Source of the DNA: a virus
Lineage: Duplodnaviria > Caudoviricetes
DNA: 37,089 nucleotides
IMG/VR virus record: IMGVR_UViG_3300044676_006175
Coordinates: 1-37,089 of that record
Direction: 5' to 3' (one strand)
Positions 7,743 through 17,542 of the stretch are shown piece by piece; position 1 is the first letter of the stretch, and each line of letters starts with the position of its first letter. A model generated the notes under the pieces. The model did not search any database. It saw only the letters and a program-made list of their open reading frames with translations, and had not been told where the DNA came from. Both the position numbers and the translations under genes were made by a program.

Positions 7743-9608
7743 ATGGCTATTAACGATCCAAACCAGCCCGTACCAGCACAGTCTGTTGAGCCGGGTACCA
7801 CAGCAATCGCTCAATCCAATCTTGTTAAGGATGCGGGTTATGGTCGCATCATTAAGGTTGATGATTCGACTGGTTGCACGCTTACTAACGCCTCCATTAA
7901 GGGTTTAACCCCTGCGGAATTTGAATCTCTTTCCAATAAGGAAATAGACTTAGCTCGCGTAATCGCAAGCTCTGCCGAAGCAAAAATGCTCGGTGTCCGA
8001 GAGAGAGGATTAGTAGACTTACTTAATAGCTCGATCACAAACATTAAGCCTTTAATTAACAAGGTAAATATTTCCGAGCAATCCATTATCCTTCCATACA
8101 TTCAGCGTCGTCAGCGCTCTGTAATTAACAGTGGCTACTTCGCTATCGAAGCTGGACAAACCGCAGATGGCAATTCTCCGATTGACGGAGGTTACTCTCG
8201 CAAGGGTGGAGACTGGGAAATTACCGTAAACCTTGGTGCATCTGACTGGGCTTCCCCCGTCGATCACATCGAGCGGTACTTCCTTACTGGTGGATTCGTA
8301 ATTGTAAATCATTGGGATAGCGGAAACGATCCTGTTGAAGTACAGTTCCAAATTATTGGCGCAGATAACTTGCCTAACGCTGAAGTATCCAAAGCTAAGG
8401 TAACTCTTCGTCCTACTGGTAAGCAAATTTCCTCCACAGGATACACTGACACAGAGTGGACTGCATTATCTGCTGACTTTAAGGCTCAGTATGGTCCCGA
8501 GTATGGTGTTGTTCAAACTGTCGCTAACAATGTTAATGACTTCGAAGAATGGTGCCGTAATCAGCCCACCGACCTTAGCATTAAGCTGATCGTCAATTGG
8601 TTACAAACCACTCGTGAGTCCCGCACGATTGACCAAACCTATCGTGAAACATTGCAAAAAATCATGAACGGCGAGGTCAATAGCTACCTCAAATCCATGG
8701 TTTACACTCCTCTTGCTGAGCAAAACAAAATTGCTGCTCAAGCATCACAAGAGCAATGGTTGCGTGCTACTTGGTTCAATCAGCCAATCAATGACGCACA
8801 AACCCCTGAAACCTACATGCAGCTTCCTGCGGTTACTGACCCAGAAGATGACACCTGTACTCTTGAGTACAAATCAAATGCACTGGGTATCAAGGCTCTC
8901 TTGGCTGAGTCCAATCGTGTGGTTAATAAAGGCGGTGGAGCTTATACTCTTGAGGATCTCCAAAAGGATATCTACTACCTTAAACGCAATCGTGAGCAAG
9001 ACGGATCCAACATTAGTGTTGTTGATGTCATGACCGATCGCTTCACCTACAATAAACTCTTTGAAGTATTCAATAAATACTACCAAGGACGCTACGGATG
9101 GGGACTTGATCGCAATGCTCAAATCAATCAGCAAATTACCCATAATGGCATCTTGTTGTTCAACTACTCGATGTTTGATTTGCCAGAGGTTGGTTGTCAG
9201 CTTGCTGTATTCCACGATCCTTACTTTGATGACCTCATCAATCACCAAGCTCCATTGTTCGGTGCTAGTCTTGATCCCGATGGAAACAAAGTAGTTGGCA
9301 AAGACGGAAAGAAAAGTTCACTAGCACTCAATCAGCACGAAACCTACTCTAAGGTTATGCGCTCCATGTGGTTCGTTGACTGGTCTGATGTAAAGGTTGG
9401 TATCGCTGGAACTAACTCCATCACTCGCAAGCAACCACATCCTGAGACGGATCGCCTGTACAAATGTCGTATGGCTCACAAGGAAACTGAGTACTCACTC
9501 CGTTCCACCAAGTGGACCACTATGATGGATGTTCCTGCCCGTCACTTGATTGTTGAGAACTTCGATGCAAACCTCGAAGTAAGTAACTGGTCTTCTTATA
9601 TCGTTTAA
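7743..9608 (+). CDS. Major capsid protein (putative, unusually long at 621 aa)
   Basis: Follows the scaffold gene, has its own promoter and a strong terminator. Codon choice is visibly shifted (CGT/CGC, GCT, AAC), suggesting high expression. HK97-fold-like segments (VNWLQTTRES; ALGIKALL; C-terminal RHLIVENF). Confidence 0.75.
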   Translation: MAINDPNQPVPAQSVEPGTTAIAQSNLVKDAGYGRIIKVDDSTGCTLTNASIKGLTPAEFESLSNKEIDLARVIASSAEAKMLGVRERGLVDLLNSSITNIKPLINKVNISEQSIILPYIQRRQRSVINSGYFAIEAGQTADGNSPIDGGYSRKGGDWEITVNLGASDWASPVDHIERYFLTGGFVIVNHWDSGNDPVEVQFQIIGADNLPNAEVSKAKVTLRPTGKQISSTGYTDTEWTALSADFKAQYGPEYGVVQTVANNVNDFEEWCRNQPTDLSIKLIVNWLQTTRESRTIDQTYRETLQKIMNGEVNSYLKSMVYTPLAEQNKIAAQASQEQWLRATWFNQPINDAQTPETYMQLPAVTDPEDDTCTLEYKSNALGIKALLAESNRVVNKGGGAYTLEDLQKDIYYLKRNREQDGSNISVVDVMTDRFTYNKLFEVFNKYYQGRYGWGLDRNAQINQQITHNGILLFNYSMFDLPEVGCQLAVFHDPYFDDLINHQAPLFGASLDPDGNKVVGKDGKKSSLALNQHETYSKVMRSMWFVDWSDVKVGIAGTNSITRKQPHPETDRLYKCRMAHKETEYSLRSTKWTTMMDVPARHLIVENFDANLEVSNWSSYIV

Positions 9609-9622
9609 CAATTAATTAAGGG

Positions 9623-9669
9623 CCTCATTCCTCTCCCCTGCGTAGCGGGGGAGGGGGTGGGGTTTTCTT
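9623..9669 (+). terminator. Rho-independent terminator after capsid gene
   Basis: CCTCATTCCTCTCCCCTGC [GTA] GCGGGGGAGGGGGTGGGG forms an ~18-bp stem with G-U pairs and one bulge, followed by TTTTCTT. Confidence 0.8.
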
Positions 9670-9673
9670 ATAT

Positions 9674-10036
9674 ATGAAGTATTTATTTTTTAAAAAGGTT
9701 CCTTACGACTATGGCGCTGAATATCAAGAGTTCATGAATGGCGTGAAAAGACGTGGTATTGGTGGATACGAAAAGGCTGACGCAGATATATTGCTTGAGC
9801 TACACGGCAATTTGGTTGAGGAAATATCCGAACAGGAGTACCTGGACTATAAAAAAAAATTGAACTTGGGGCCAACAAGTTATCGGGTATTCGCGACGCA
9901 ACACCAAGACCCATCGAAAAATCCGAATGCAGTTTATGCAAGCGAAGAAAGCAACCAGTCAACATCGCTTGATGCGGAGGATTTATTAGAGGTAAGTGAT
10001 GCAGTAGTCGAAGATCCGCTTGAAGGAACTGAGTAA
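9674..10036 (+). CDS. Hypothetical protein (120 aa, acidic tail)
   Basis: ATG ORF after the terminator with TAATG coupling to the next gene; contains an A9 run at 9851-9859. Confidence 0.75.
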   Translation: MKYLFFKKVPYDYGAEYQEFMNGVKRRGIGGYEKADADILLELHGNLVEEISEQEYLDYKKKLNLGPTSYRVFATQHQDPSKNPNAVYASEESNQSTSLDAEDLLEVSDAVVEDPLEGTE

Positions 10037-10188
10037 TGAACAGAGACTCTGTGGTAGGTTTAGCTGGCACATTCGCTAGCTTTACTCTTGATACTATTCA
10101 TTTAGTTGCCGCCACAATTTGCGCCTTATTGACGGCTGTCCATCTTAGTGTTAGCATATATGTGAAACTGAAGGGCAAGGGAAAGTAA
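10036..10188 (+). CDS. Small membrane protein, holin-like (50 aa; absent from ORF track)
   Basis: MNRDSVVGLAGTFASFTLDTIHLVAATICALLTAVHLSVSIYVKLKGKGK: hydrophobic helices plus a basic tail. TAATG overlaps at both ends fill the gap exactly. Confidence 0.75.
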   Translation: MNRDSVVGLAGTFASFTLDTIHLVAATICALLTAVHLSVSIYVKLKGKGK

Positions 10189-10994
10189 TGTCATTAAATA
10201 GAAAGTACGGAACATTTGCAGCCACTACAGATGGTAATTACAATGTAATTCCATACCACAGGGCTTCGTCATTTCGGGTAACAAACTTCACTGGTAAGGT
10301 TGTGGGTATAAGGCTCAGAGCAAACCCGAAGGTTGTGGATGACTTTAATGACCATAATTTCAGTGAATGGATAGGCGACATTGAATACAATGAGATGGAG
10401 CTTGAGGGTACAAGTGCTGGTAGGGTTACAGGGTCAGCTTACAGGCAGCTTACTGATGAAGTAGTCATGGATGGAGCGGAGGTAGAAATATCAATCCGTA
10501 CGCCAAACGCTCCAGTATATTCTGTGAAATTCTCAGTCATGGATCACCCAGACAGAATGGGTATGGATGGTGCAGGTTTTGTTACCATTACGAATCAAAA
10601 CACAAAAAGTAACACGAACTACAAAGTTACTATTCGTCTTTATCCTACAACATCTGAGTTTAATACCTTTGTCGCAGAAGAGGGCAAGGATAGAGTAGAG
10701 TTTATACCCCCAGGACTGCTTACGGCTAGAGGTGCGGGTACAGGTAACTTTGGGCTAGATCAATTACAGGATAGTATTGTGGCAATCGAAACTGATCAAG
10801 ATGTTCTTGTAGACCCTATTATATACCACCAAAAGGCGAACTATTCCGTGGAGCATATAGGTCACGGAGGTACATACACTTATCCATGCGAAGATAACAC
10901 ATCAGAGTACGAGATAATAAACTTGGGTAGTGATGCGATGAACTACTCTGACAATACACAAACCATTTCAATAAGTGGGTTTTATGCAAGATGA
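10188..10994 (+). CDS. Beta-rich putative virion protein
   Basis: Coupled start, T/N/G-rich beta-strand composition, within the structural operon. Confidence 0.55.
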   Translation: MSLNRKYGTFAATTDGNYNVIPYHRASSFRVTNFTGKVVGIRLRANPKVVDDFNDHNFSEWIGDIEYNEMELEGTSAGRVTGSAYRQLTDEVVMDGAEVEISIRTPNAPVYSVKFSVMDHPDRMGMDGAGFVTITNQNTKSNTNYKVTIRLYPTTSEFNTFVAEEGKDRVEFIPPGLLTARGAGTGNFGLDQLQDSIVAIETDQDVLVDPIIYHQKANYSVEHIGHGGTYTYPCEDNTSEYEIINLGSDAMNYSDNTQTISISGFYAR

Positions 10995-11721
10995 GATCAA
11001 AGTTAGTGAAGGGTATCAGCCTACTCACCAATTTATTAGCTTCACTGAAGGCTCTGCCTCAGAAGCTCCTGACCCTTCTGCGTACGCTACTCACATACTA
11101 GCTGCGGATCACAACTTAAACCACATTAGTGGAGGTGACGCAACCGATGGGTTTAGTACATGGGTCACTGACTTATTAGTTTACCCTAGTAGCGAGTACT
11201 GGGAGAGCCTACTTGATAGCAATAAGATCAGGCCTTATGTAGATCTATCTATATCAAATTATAATACTCTCCGGATACCATCGGCGGTTCACGATTATAA
11301 TCTATATGTGGATGACGCTACGATATACGGGGATCTTACTATATTAGGTAATACTAACTTTGGTGGTGTTTTTCAGCTAACGGGAGATGTAACAGTAAAC
11401 TCCATAACCTCTCAGGGTGATATATCTGGCGTTGATAATACCAAAGCTAAAGTAGAATCTGTAACATCTGACTACACATTTACTCCGGATAAGACTGGTG
11501 TAATACTCAACTGCTCACCATCTGGGGGAAACATAAATATCACACTACCCACTGGCCCAGAAGATGGGCTGAGATTCACTGTAATGATTTTGACATCTGG
11601 TAATACTATAACATTCCCTACGCTCACAAACGCAAAAGGGAATCAAATTACCTCACAATATTCGACTGCTACCATATATTCCGATAATAATTCATGGTAT
11701 GGGTTTGGGGACTTGGTGTGA
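10984..11721 (+). CDS. Putative virion fibre/decoration protein
   Basis: IYGDLTILGNTNFGGVFQLTGDVTV beta-repeat and C-terminal SDYTFT...NITLPTGPEDGLRFTV...WYGFGDL domain seen in phage fibre proteins. ATG 10984 is preferred over GTG 10975. Confidence 0.6.
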   Translation: MQDEIKVSEGYQPTHQFISFTEGSASEAPDPSAYATHILAADHNLNHISGGDATDGFSTWVTDLLVYPSSEYWESLLDSNKIRPYVDLSISNYNTLRIPSAVHDYNLYVDDATIYGDLTILGNTNFGGVFQLTGDVTVNSITSQGDISGVDNTKAKVESVTSDYTFTPDKTGVILNCSPSGGNINITLPTGPEDGLRFTVMILTSGNTITFPTLTNAKGNQITSQYSTATIYSDNNSWYGFGDLV

Positions 11722-12449
11722 TGTTTATTGCAGTTGATAGAAACGCAAAACTCCCAGCGGATGCACAGAATCCGCTTTTTGCTTTATCCATGAGAAGGAA
11801 GCTAAGGAGTCTATATAAAGGTGAGTACTTTAGGTATCAGGAGGATGGGTTAGAGTACACATACCCAAAAAGAGCCCCAAGGGAGGGAGCTAAACTGATT
11901 GAAATATATGACCAAAAGTCAAGGCATGGGCTCGATCAATACAATGCCATCCAGGAAGACCCATATAGGCAACCAGAGATATTTGGTGCCGGGGGGTACT
12001 ATGCACACTTTAAGTCTGGTCAATATATGGATTTAGTTGGAGGGGCAGAGCATGTTGGCACTAACTTTACCATTACATCCATAGGGGAAGGGGAATACCC
12101 AAGGCCTATGGTTTCTGTATTTGGTAATGACGATTTTATATCTGTGGAGCCAGGGAATCCTACTCGTTTCTCCTTTAATGACTCTTCGGCACTTTCTGAA
12201 AAGGCAGAGGTAAGCCAGATGTTTTCTGGTGTTGATCCCTCACAGAATGGTAAGCGTGTACTTACGATAAAGGGCAATCGAGGCAAGGGGCAGAACTTAT
12301 CTGCCAACACCTCAACTAATTTCACAACTATTTCTATCGGTCGATCCAAGGATAGGATGTTTGAGGGCAAATTTATAGAATGCACTTTTCATCTATCCGA
12401 TATCAGTCGTTATGCATCTAAGCAGATATGGGAGGCACTAAATGTTTGA
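11721..12449 (+). CDS. Concanavalin A/LamG-like lectin-fold virion protein
   Basis: ALSMRRKLRSLYKG...IYDQ...AIQ...QPEI...FEGKFIEC pattern of phage ConA-like domains; TGATG overlap at the start. Confidence 0.55.
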   Translation: MFIAVDRNAKLPADAQNPLFALSMRRKLRSLYKGEYFRYQEDGLEYTYPKRAPREGAKLIEIYDQKSRHGLDQYNAIQEDPYRQPEIFGAGGYYAHFKSGQYMDLVGGAEHVGTNFTITSIGEGEYPRPMVSVFGNDDFISVEPGNPTRFSFNDSSALSEKAEVSQMFSGVDPSQNGKRVLTIKGNRGKGQNLSANTSTNFTTISIGRSKDRMFEGKFIECTFHLSDISRYASKQIWEALNV

Positions 12450-12906
12450 ATTAGTAACAATGTTTTTTACTGCGGGTGGCTCTGCGGCATTAGGTTCAGT
12501 ACTAAAAGGTGTTTTTGGTGGGATTAGTGATTCCCGTCAGCAAAAGTTTGAGTTAGAATTAGCTAGGGAGGCGAGGGGAAATGAATTTGCACTTAAATTT
12601 CAGGAACAACTTAATAGTGGTGAAGGTGGTATGTTTACTAGGGTTACTAGGAGGCTGCTCTCGCTCATACTATGCGGAACCCTCTCAGCAGTCGTCATCC
12701 TTTGCACCCTCTTCCCAAGTGCAGAAATCATCACCCTTACTAACCCAACAGGAGAAGGAGGCGCTGAAATCCTCTTCGGGCTCATCACCTTCCCTGTTAA
12801 GCAGTCCCCCATTATGGTCACTACAGGTTCGCTAGCGAGTTACTTCGTAATTGTTTTAGCCCCCATGGTCTTGGGATTTTATTTCACTCCTGGAGGTAGA
12901 AGATGA
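12442..12906 (+). CDS. Holin-like membrane protein (3-TM GTA-holin type)
   Basis: N-terminal hydrophobic helix, charged linker (RQQKFELELAREA), TRVTRR followed by a TM segment, and C-terminal MVLGFYFTPGGRR typical of 3TM holins. Confidence 0.65.
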   Translation: MFELVTMFFTAGGSAALGSVLKGVFGGISDSRQQKFELELAREARGNEFALKFQEQLNSGEGGMFTRVTRRLLSLILCGTLSAVVILCTLFPSAEIITLTNPTGEGGAEILFGLITFPVKQSPIMVTTGSLASYFVIVLAPMVLGFYFTPGGRR

Positions 12907-13670
12907 ATTGGAAAGAGTTTAATGACGAAGTCCGTGTATTCCTTATCGTAGATAGTGAAAGGAAGGGTAGGGGGGTGCAGGAGAATATTGACTCTCTTAT
13001 AGTCGCTGCCACGATAGATTTACAAAGATACGTGCCTGCTATAAGGTTAAACCAGTACAGGTTTTACTCGGATAGCACTCTAGTTGAACCAAACCCAGAA
13101 GAGCTAAATGATGTAAATGCAGAGGGTGTCAATGTCCATAAGGGCGATTTCTCAATGTCTAGCATTAGGATCAAGCAAGTGGTTGTCAGGCGTGTGCCTA
13201 CCGAAGAAAATAACCAAAGCATATCGCATTATTATTACCCCAGCTCGATACCATGGGAATCAAGATTTGCATTAGTAGATGGGGGTATAGTAGATAGAAC
13301 ATCAAATTTACCTGGGCGAGTAACATTTGGTGAGAATACTTTCTGGACTGCACCTAAGTTAAGAGATGACGAAGCGTTGTATGTATACTTTGAAGGTGAG
13401 TATAGACCTACTCCGATCTACAAGGCAACAGACGACGAGAAGAATACACCCGTAGTATTTGATGAGTTGGAGGCAAAAGCAGTAGCAGGGTATGTAAAAG
13501 CACACCTAGCTAGAGATGTCGATAATGACTTAGCGCAGTATCAAGTCTTCATGCAGATGTATCAGAAAGAGCGTGCGCAAATTTTCATTAATCGTAAAGA
13601 GTACGAAACATCATCTATTGATCAGATCGCAAATAGCACAGGTATAGGTGGAGCATTTACAGTAGGATGA
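12903..13670 (+). CDS. Putative head-tail adaptor / tail tubular protein A-like
   Basis: N-terminal helices (MNWKEFNDEVRVFL...IDSLIVAATIDL), central PGR...WTAP beta segment and C-terminal helical pair; synteny upstream of the tubular-B-like gene. Confidence 0.55.
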   Translation: MNWKEFNDEVRVFLIVDSERKGRGVQENIDSLIVAATIDLQRYVPAIRLNQYRFYSDSTLVEPNPEELNDVNAEGVNVHKGDFSMSSIRIKQVVVRRVPTEENNQSISHYYYPSSIPWESRFALVDGGIVDRTSNLPGRVTFGENTFWTAPKLRDDEALYVYFEGEYRPTPIYKATDDEKNTPVVFDELEAKAVAGYVKAHLARDVDNDLAQYQVFMQMYQKERAQIFINRKEYETSSIDQIANSTGIGGAFTVG

Positions 13671-14866
13671 CCCAATCAAGATCGAGGTTAAAATCATACT
13701 TTATCACTGGTGCAACACCTAGTGAGGTAGAGTTTGCTCAACTCATTGACTCAGCATTATTGGCGGTAGACCTTGTAGATTCATTAAATTCAGAGTCTAC
13801 AAGTAGCCCATTATCAGCAAATTCAGGACGATTACTAAACCAAGCTATAGGCGATATTGAATCTAGGGTACTGGGCCTTGAGTCGGCAGGTATTACTTTT
13901 GCGGGCCAGTATTACGACAAGGAGAAAATAGACCACAGATTTAAAAGCGTAGACACGGTAATATCTAGGCTTCCAGACTCATCTAGTATCAGGAATTTAG
14001 AGTCACGAATAGATAATATTAAAATCACGCAGGGACCTATTCCTGCAATAGAAAATGTACCCGGACTTAGGGAAGAGCTTGAGCAAAAGGCTACTAAATC
14101 AGATGTAAGGAGTTTAAAATCTGAACTACTACAAAGCATTACAGGATTAGGCACGGGTGACGCAGATATAGACCTATCCCCACTCAATCAGTCAATCGCT
14201 GAACTAACGGATAAACTTGTAGCACTAGAGCAACACAAAGCACCATTAGAGCATACACATGATGTTTATACTAGGAGTGAGGTAGATACAAAGATTGGAG
14301 CAATAGATGTAACTGATCATATCCACTCTGTCAGTCAGATAGAAAACCTTGGACAGGAGATACAATCAAAGACCAATTTACTTGTTTCCGATCACTCTGG
14401 ACTAACCAATAATCCACACAATGTAACCAAGGAGCAAATAGGTCTAGGTAAGGTACAAAACCTAACTCCAGATGAAATGGTGGGCTACATACAGTCTGAT
14501 GGCTTGGTTACAAATACAACATTTCAAGAGCATATACAGAACACCAACCCGCATGGATTAACCAAGGATGATGTTGGTTTAGGGAAAGTTTCCAATGTGG
14601 ATGCCGTATCTTTACTGGATGCCCACTTAGCTGCAGATAATCCTCATAATATAGATCTTTCCTTCTTTGATGTCTATGCAACTGCAGAAGCAGATGCTCG
14701 AACTGAGTTTTTTATTAACGCCTTAAGGTATAAGTTTACACCAACCTCCAGTAATGACTCTGCGGGCAAGGAAGGGGATTTTGCGTACGACCAAGACAAC
14801 CTCTACTTTAAGGTATCAGATACCGAATGGAAAAAGGTAGCTTTACTCCCTATCGACAATGGCTAA
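13667..14866 (+). CDS. Tail fibre-like protein
   Basis: N-terminal LKSYFITGATPSEVEFAQLIDS, fibre repeat DSLNSESTSSPLSANSGRLL, H-x-H motifs, three NPH-x-(V/L)T-K/NPH repeats and C-terminal GKEGDFAYDQDNLY...W module. Confidence 0.75.
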   Translation: MTQSRSRLKSYFITGATPSEVEFAQLIDSALLAVDLVDSLNSESTSSPLSANSGRLLNQAIGDIESRVLGLESAGITFAGQYYDKEKIDHRFKSVDTVISRLPDSSSIRNLESRIDNIKITQGPIPAIENVPGLREELEQKATKSDVRSLKSELLQSITGLGTGDADIDLSPLNQSIAELTDKLVALEQHKAPLEHTHDVYTRSEVDTKIGAIDVTDHIHSVSQIENLGQEIQSKTNLLVSDHSGLTNNPHNVTKEQIGLGKVQNLTPDEMVGYIQSDGLVTNTTFQEHIQNTNPHGLTKDDVGLGKVSNVDAVSLLDAHLAADNPHNIDLSFFDVYATAEADARTEFFINALRYKFTPTSSNDSAGKEGDFAYDQDNLYFKVSDTEWKKVALLPIDNG

Positions 14867-17318
14867 AGGGAAAAGATATAAAAATATAACCATACACCCC
14901 GCGCAGGGCGGTGCGTTAATTGGGTCAGCTTCCGATGATGTCCCGATCACGCAGGAGTCTAACCATTTATCTTCCTCGGCTAATTATACAGATAAGCTAA
15001 ACTTCAGGAGAGAAACTGACGGAGAGTTAAGGAGGGAAGGCTGGGAAGAGCTTGATCTTAGTGGTGGAAGTAGTAAATGGGGAGGTGTTGCATTTGACTT
15101 AAGCACGAGCAATCTTCCTATACGCGCTATTCACCAATTCCCCGGAACTGATGGAGAGGCGGTGATTGTAGCTATTGCAGGTAATATTGCATGGAGATTA
15201 TTCTCGAGCGAAGATACTTATGCTAAGGATTATAGCGATGAAGATAATAAGTACGCAGTAGATTCCTTGGGTAACGAATACTGGGTAACATCGGATGATG
15301 ACTTCTTTTGGAAGGAAATATATGTCTTCAATAATAATATAGACCTAGGTACTGCTAATCGTTGGGAAATCGTAGATGTACAGAATCATATCATTATAAA
15401 TAATGGGGTCGATTTACCTGTTGTATATAAGAGTGAGTATGAGCGTGCCGAACCACTTTATTCACTTCGTGAAAATGGTATTGTTTCAGTGGGAACAATA
15501 TCTTCATACCAAGATAGATTATTTTGTGCGGACCTATTAATGATAACCGATGGGTTCGATAGGTGGTTTACTGGTGCGAGTAACCCGTATGGTGATGTAT
15601 ATACGAGCGATCTATACGGGGAAGTAAAGGTTAAGCGATATCAATACCGCATGGCATACTCAGCAGAGGGCGAACCCAAGTTATTTAATGCGGGCGTTAT
15701 ATCGGGTAACTCGGTAGTTATGGAGTCAGGTGGTCTACCTGGTACATTGACTGTTAATTCAGCTGGTCAATATGCATTTAATTCTGAGTACCAATTTGCC
15801 ATAAATACTCCCGCCAGTATGTATCAATTACTTAATGATGGGGCGTATCAAGGGCCAGAGGCATATACCGTAAATATGGTAAACCCGATAGCCACGATAA
15901 AGACAGCATATGAAGACCCGGATGATTTAAATATATCTGGCATATATCTTACCACCAATGAGTCCTCTGTTAGTGATGAATATACTCAAGACTCTGCTAA
16001 TCCATTTAGCTTATATGTAGAAGAGGGTTACTATGAGTCATTTGGAGGTGACTACAAATTAGTCAATCAAGACGGGGCTGATATGGTTTTCAAAGACCCT
16101 AGTACGGCTGAAAATTTAGCTACTGGTACATATAATGTCGTCCTCAGACCATACGCAGAGCAATTATCCTCCCCTGCAGCATTTAATGAATTTGCACAAG
16201 ATGGATCTAGGATACTAAAGATGCACGACCTAGCTGATAAGCTAGTGGTGTACAGGGAGTCGGGGTTCTTTTTCTTATCTAAAACAAACAGTACCGCTCT
16301 CCCTTTCTCGGTAGAACCAAGATACACAGGAGGTAGGATTGCGGACTTCAGGCATACCATTATTAATATAGATGGAAGACAGCACATCTTCATGGGTAAT
16401 AGCGGAATTTATGCGATCAATAGAAGCTCTACTGAGCCTACTCCTATAAGTATGTTTGAGATAGGTCCCCCTTTCTGGCAGAGTGTACCACCTGAGCTTT
16501 CAGAGTATATATATGCAGTGGATAACCCTATTACCAGGGAGATATTCATTAATTGCCCCACAGGAATACTTTTTGACTCGGATGGAAACTATATAGATCA
16601 AAAAGGTAATCAATCACCCACCCCAAAGCTAGAATGGGGTACTATAGCGTACGACTATATCAACAAGACATTGTCTACGATTGACGCATCATTCACATCC
16701 GCGGCAAGCATTCGTAAGCCTAGGTTTAGGAGGACTGGCTCAGACGAGCTTTGGTTCGTAATGGGCATCCATCAGTCGGGTGCAGGAAATGATGTTTACC
16801 CCGGCACGCAATACAGAACAGATAACAACTTTGGTGGTGTATTGGTTAGGTACGGATATGGCCCACCAAAACAAGGAGAGCGATCCCCATACAGGTTGTA
16901 TAGTAGGCTAGGGCTAGGATATTCTTCCGTACTTAAAAGTGGTTTAATAGATTTCGGAGATTCTTTCTCAGATAAAGAGGTTAGGTCTTATCTACTTGAG
17001 CTTTCAAGTAAGTATGGCACGACCCCTACTAGAGTAAAAATAAGCACAACAACCTCCCCACAGGGCACAGAGAATGTAGAGACTATGCAGGTAAATGATG
17101 GGGTGGAAATAGACTATGTTGAATTAAATAACCTAGTGGATGAGAATATGATACCAATGTATGTAAGAGCTCCATACATAAGGGATGAAATAACGGTACT
17201 CCCTGAGTATAATGAAGACGGCACAGTAAAAGATAACCCAATAAAAATAACAGGAAGAACTTTTGAGGTTAGTGGGGTCGATAGCAGATCAACCACCCAG
17301 ACGTATAATCAAGGATGA
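14859..17318 (+). CDS. Putative tail tubular protein B / DNA stabilisation (P22 gp10-like) beta-propeller protein
   Basis: 819 aa with N-terminal LNFRRETDGELRREGW and propeller-like repeats (QNHIIINNGVDLP; SYQDRLF; LADKLVVYRE; IFMGNSGIYAI); position fits a podovirus nozzle. Confidence 0.65.
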   Translation: MAKGKRYKNITIHPAQGGALIGSASDDVPITQESNHLSSSANYTDKLNFRRETDGELRREGWEELDLSGGSSKWGGVAFDLSTSNLPIRAIHQFPGTDGEAVIVAIAGNIAWRLFSSEDTYAKDYSDEDNKYAVDSLGNEYWVTSDDDFFWKEIYVFNNNIDLGTANRWEIVDVQNHIIINNGVDLPVVYKSEYERAEPLYSLRENGIVSVGTISSYQDRLFCADLLMITDGFDRWFTGASNPYGDVYTSDLYGEVKVKRYQYRMAYSAEGEPKLFNAGVISGNSVVMESGGLPGTLTVNSAGQYAFNSEYQFAINTPASMYQLLNDGAYQGPEAYTVNMVNPIATIKTAYEDPDDLNISGIYLTTNESSVSDEYTQDSANPFSLYVEEGYYESFGGDYKLVNQDGADMVFKDPSTAENLATGTYNVVLRPYAEQLSSPAAFNEFAQDGSRILKMHDLADKLVVYRESGFFFLSKTNSTALPFSVEPRYTGGRIADFRHTIINIDGRQHIFMGNSGIYAINRSSTEPTPISMFEIGPPFWQSVPPELSEYIYAVDNPITREIFINCPTGILFDSDGNYIDQKGNQSPTPKLEWGTIAYDYINKTLSTIDASFTSAASIRKPRFRRTGSDELWFVMGIHQSGAGNDVYPGTQYRTDNNFGGVLVRYGYGPPKQGERSPYRLYSRLGLGYSSVLKSGLIDFGDSFSDKEVRSYLLELSSKYGTTPTRVKISTTTSPQGTENVETMQVNDGVEIDYVELNNLVDENMIPMYVRAPYIRDEITVLPEYNEDGTVKDNPIKITGRTFEVSGVDSRSTTQTYNQG

Positions 17319-17521
17319 GCATAGTGGTTAGAAAACTTCCTGCAGATATTGAAGTAAGTTTCCTTCAAGACGACTCCGTGCCCGAGGAGTTAAAAGACTG
17401 GTGGGGATTAACCAGGGAGAACCTTGAGCGGATGAGGGATAGACTGAATGCACAATCCATAGAGATTGAGGGATTATTAAGAAGACTAGAAGAAGTAGAG
17501 TCTAAACTTGAAACATTGTAA
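17315..17521 (+). CDS. Small coiled-coil virion protein
   Basis: ATGA overlap; ELKDWW followed by a heptad-rich C-terminus. Confidence 0.65.
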   Translation: MSIVVRKLPADIEVSFLQDDSVPEELKDWWGLTRENLERMRDRLNAQSIEIEGLLRRLEEVESKLETL

Positions 17522-17540
17522 CACGATCTTTATTGTAACA
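17508..17540 (+). promoter_or_regulatory. Sigma70-like leaderless promoter with palindromic box 4 (TGTAACACG-ATCTTT-ATTGTAACA, 17517-17540)
   Basis: TTGAAA(17508)-17nt-TATTGT(17531), with ATG 17543 six nt later. Confidence 0.7.
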
Positions 17541-17542
17541 TA

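Noticed and set aside
9645-9662. G-quadruplex in the G5-A-G5-T-G4 tract
   Set aside because: The tract is fully explained as the 3' arm of the terminator hairpin, pairing with the upstream C/T tract.
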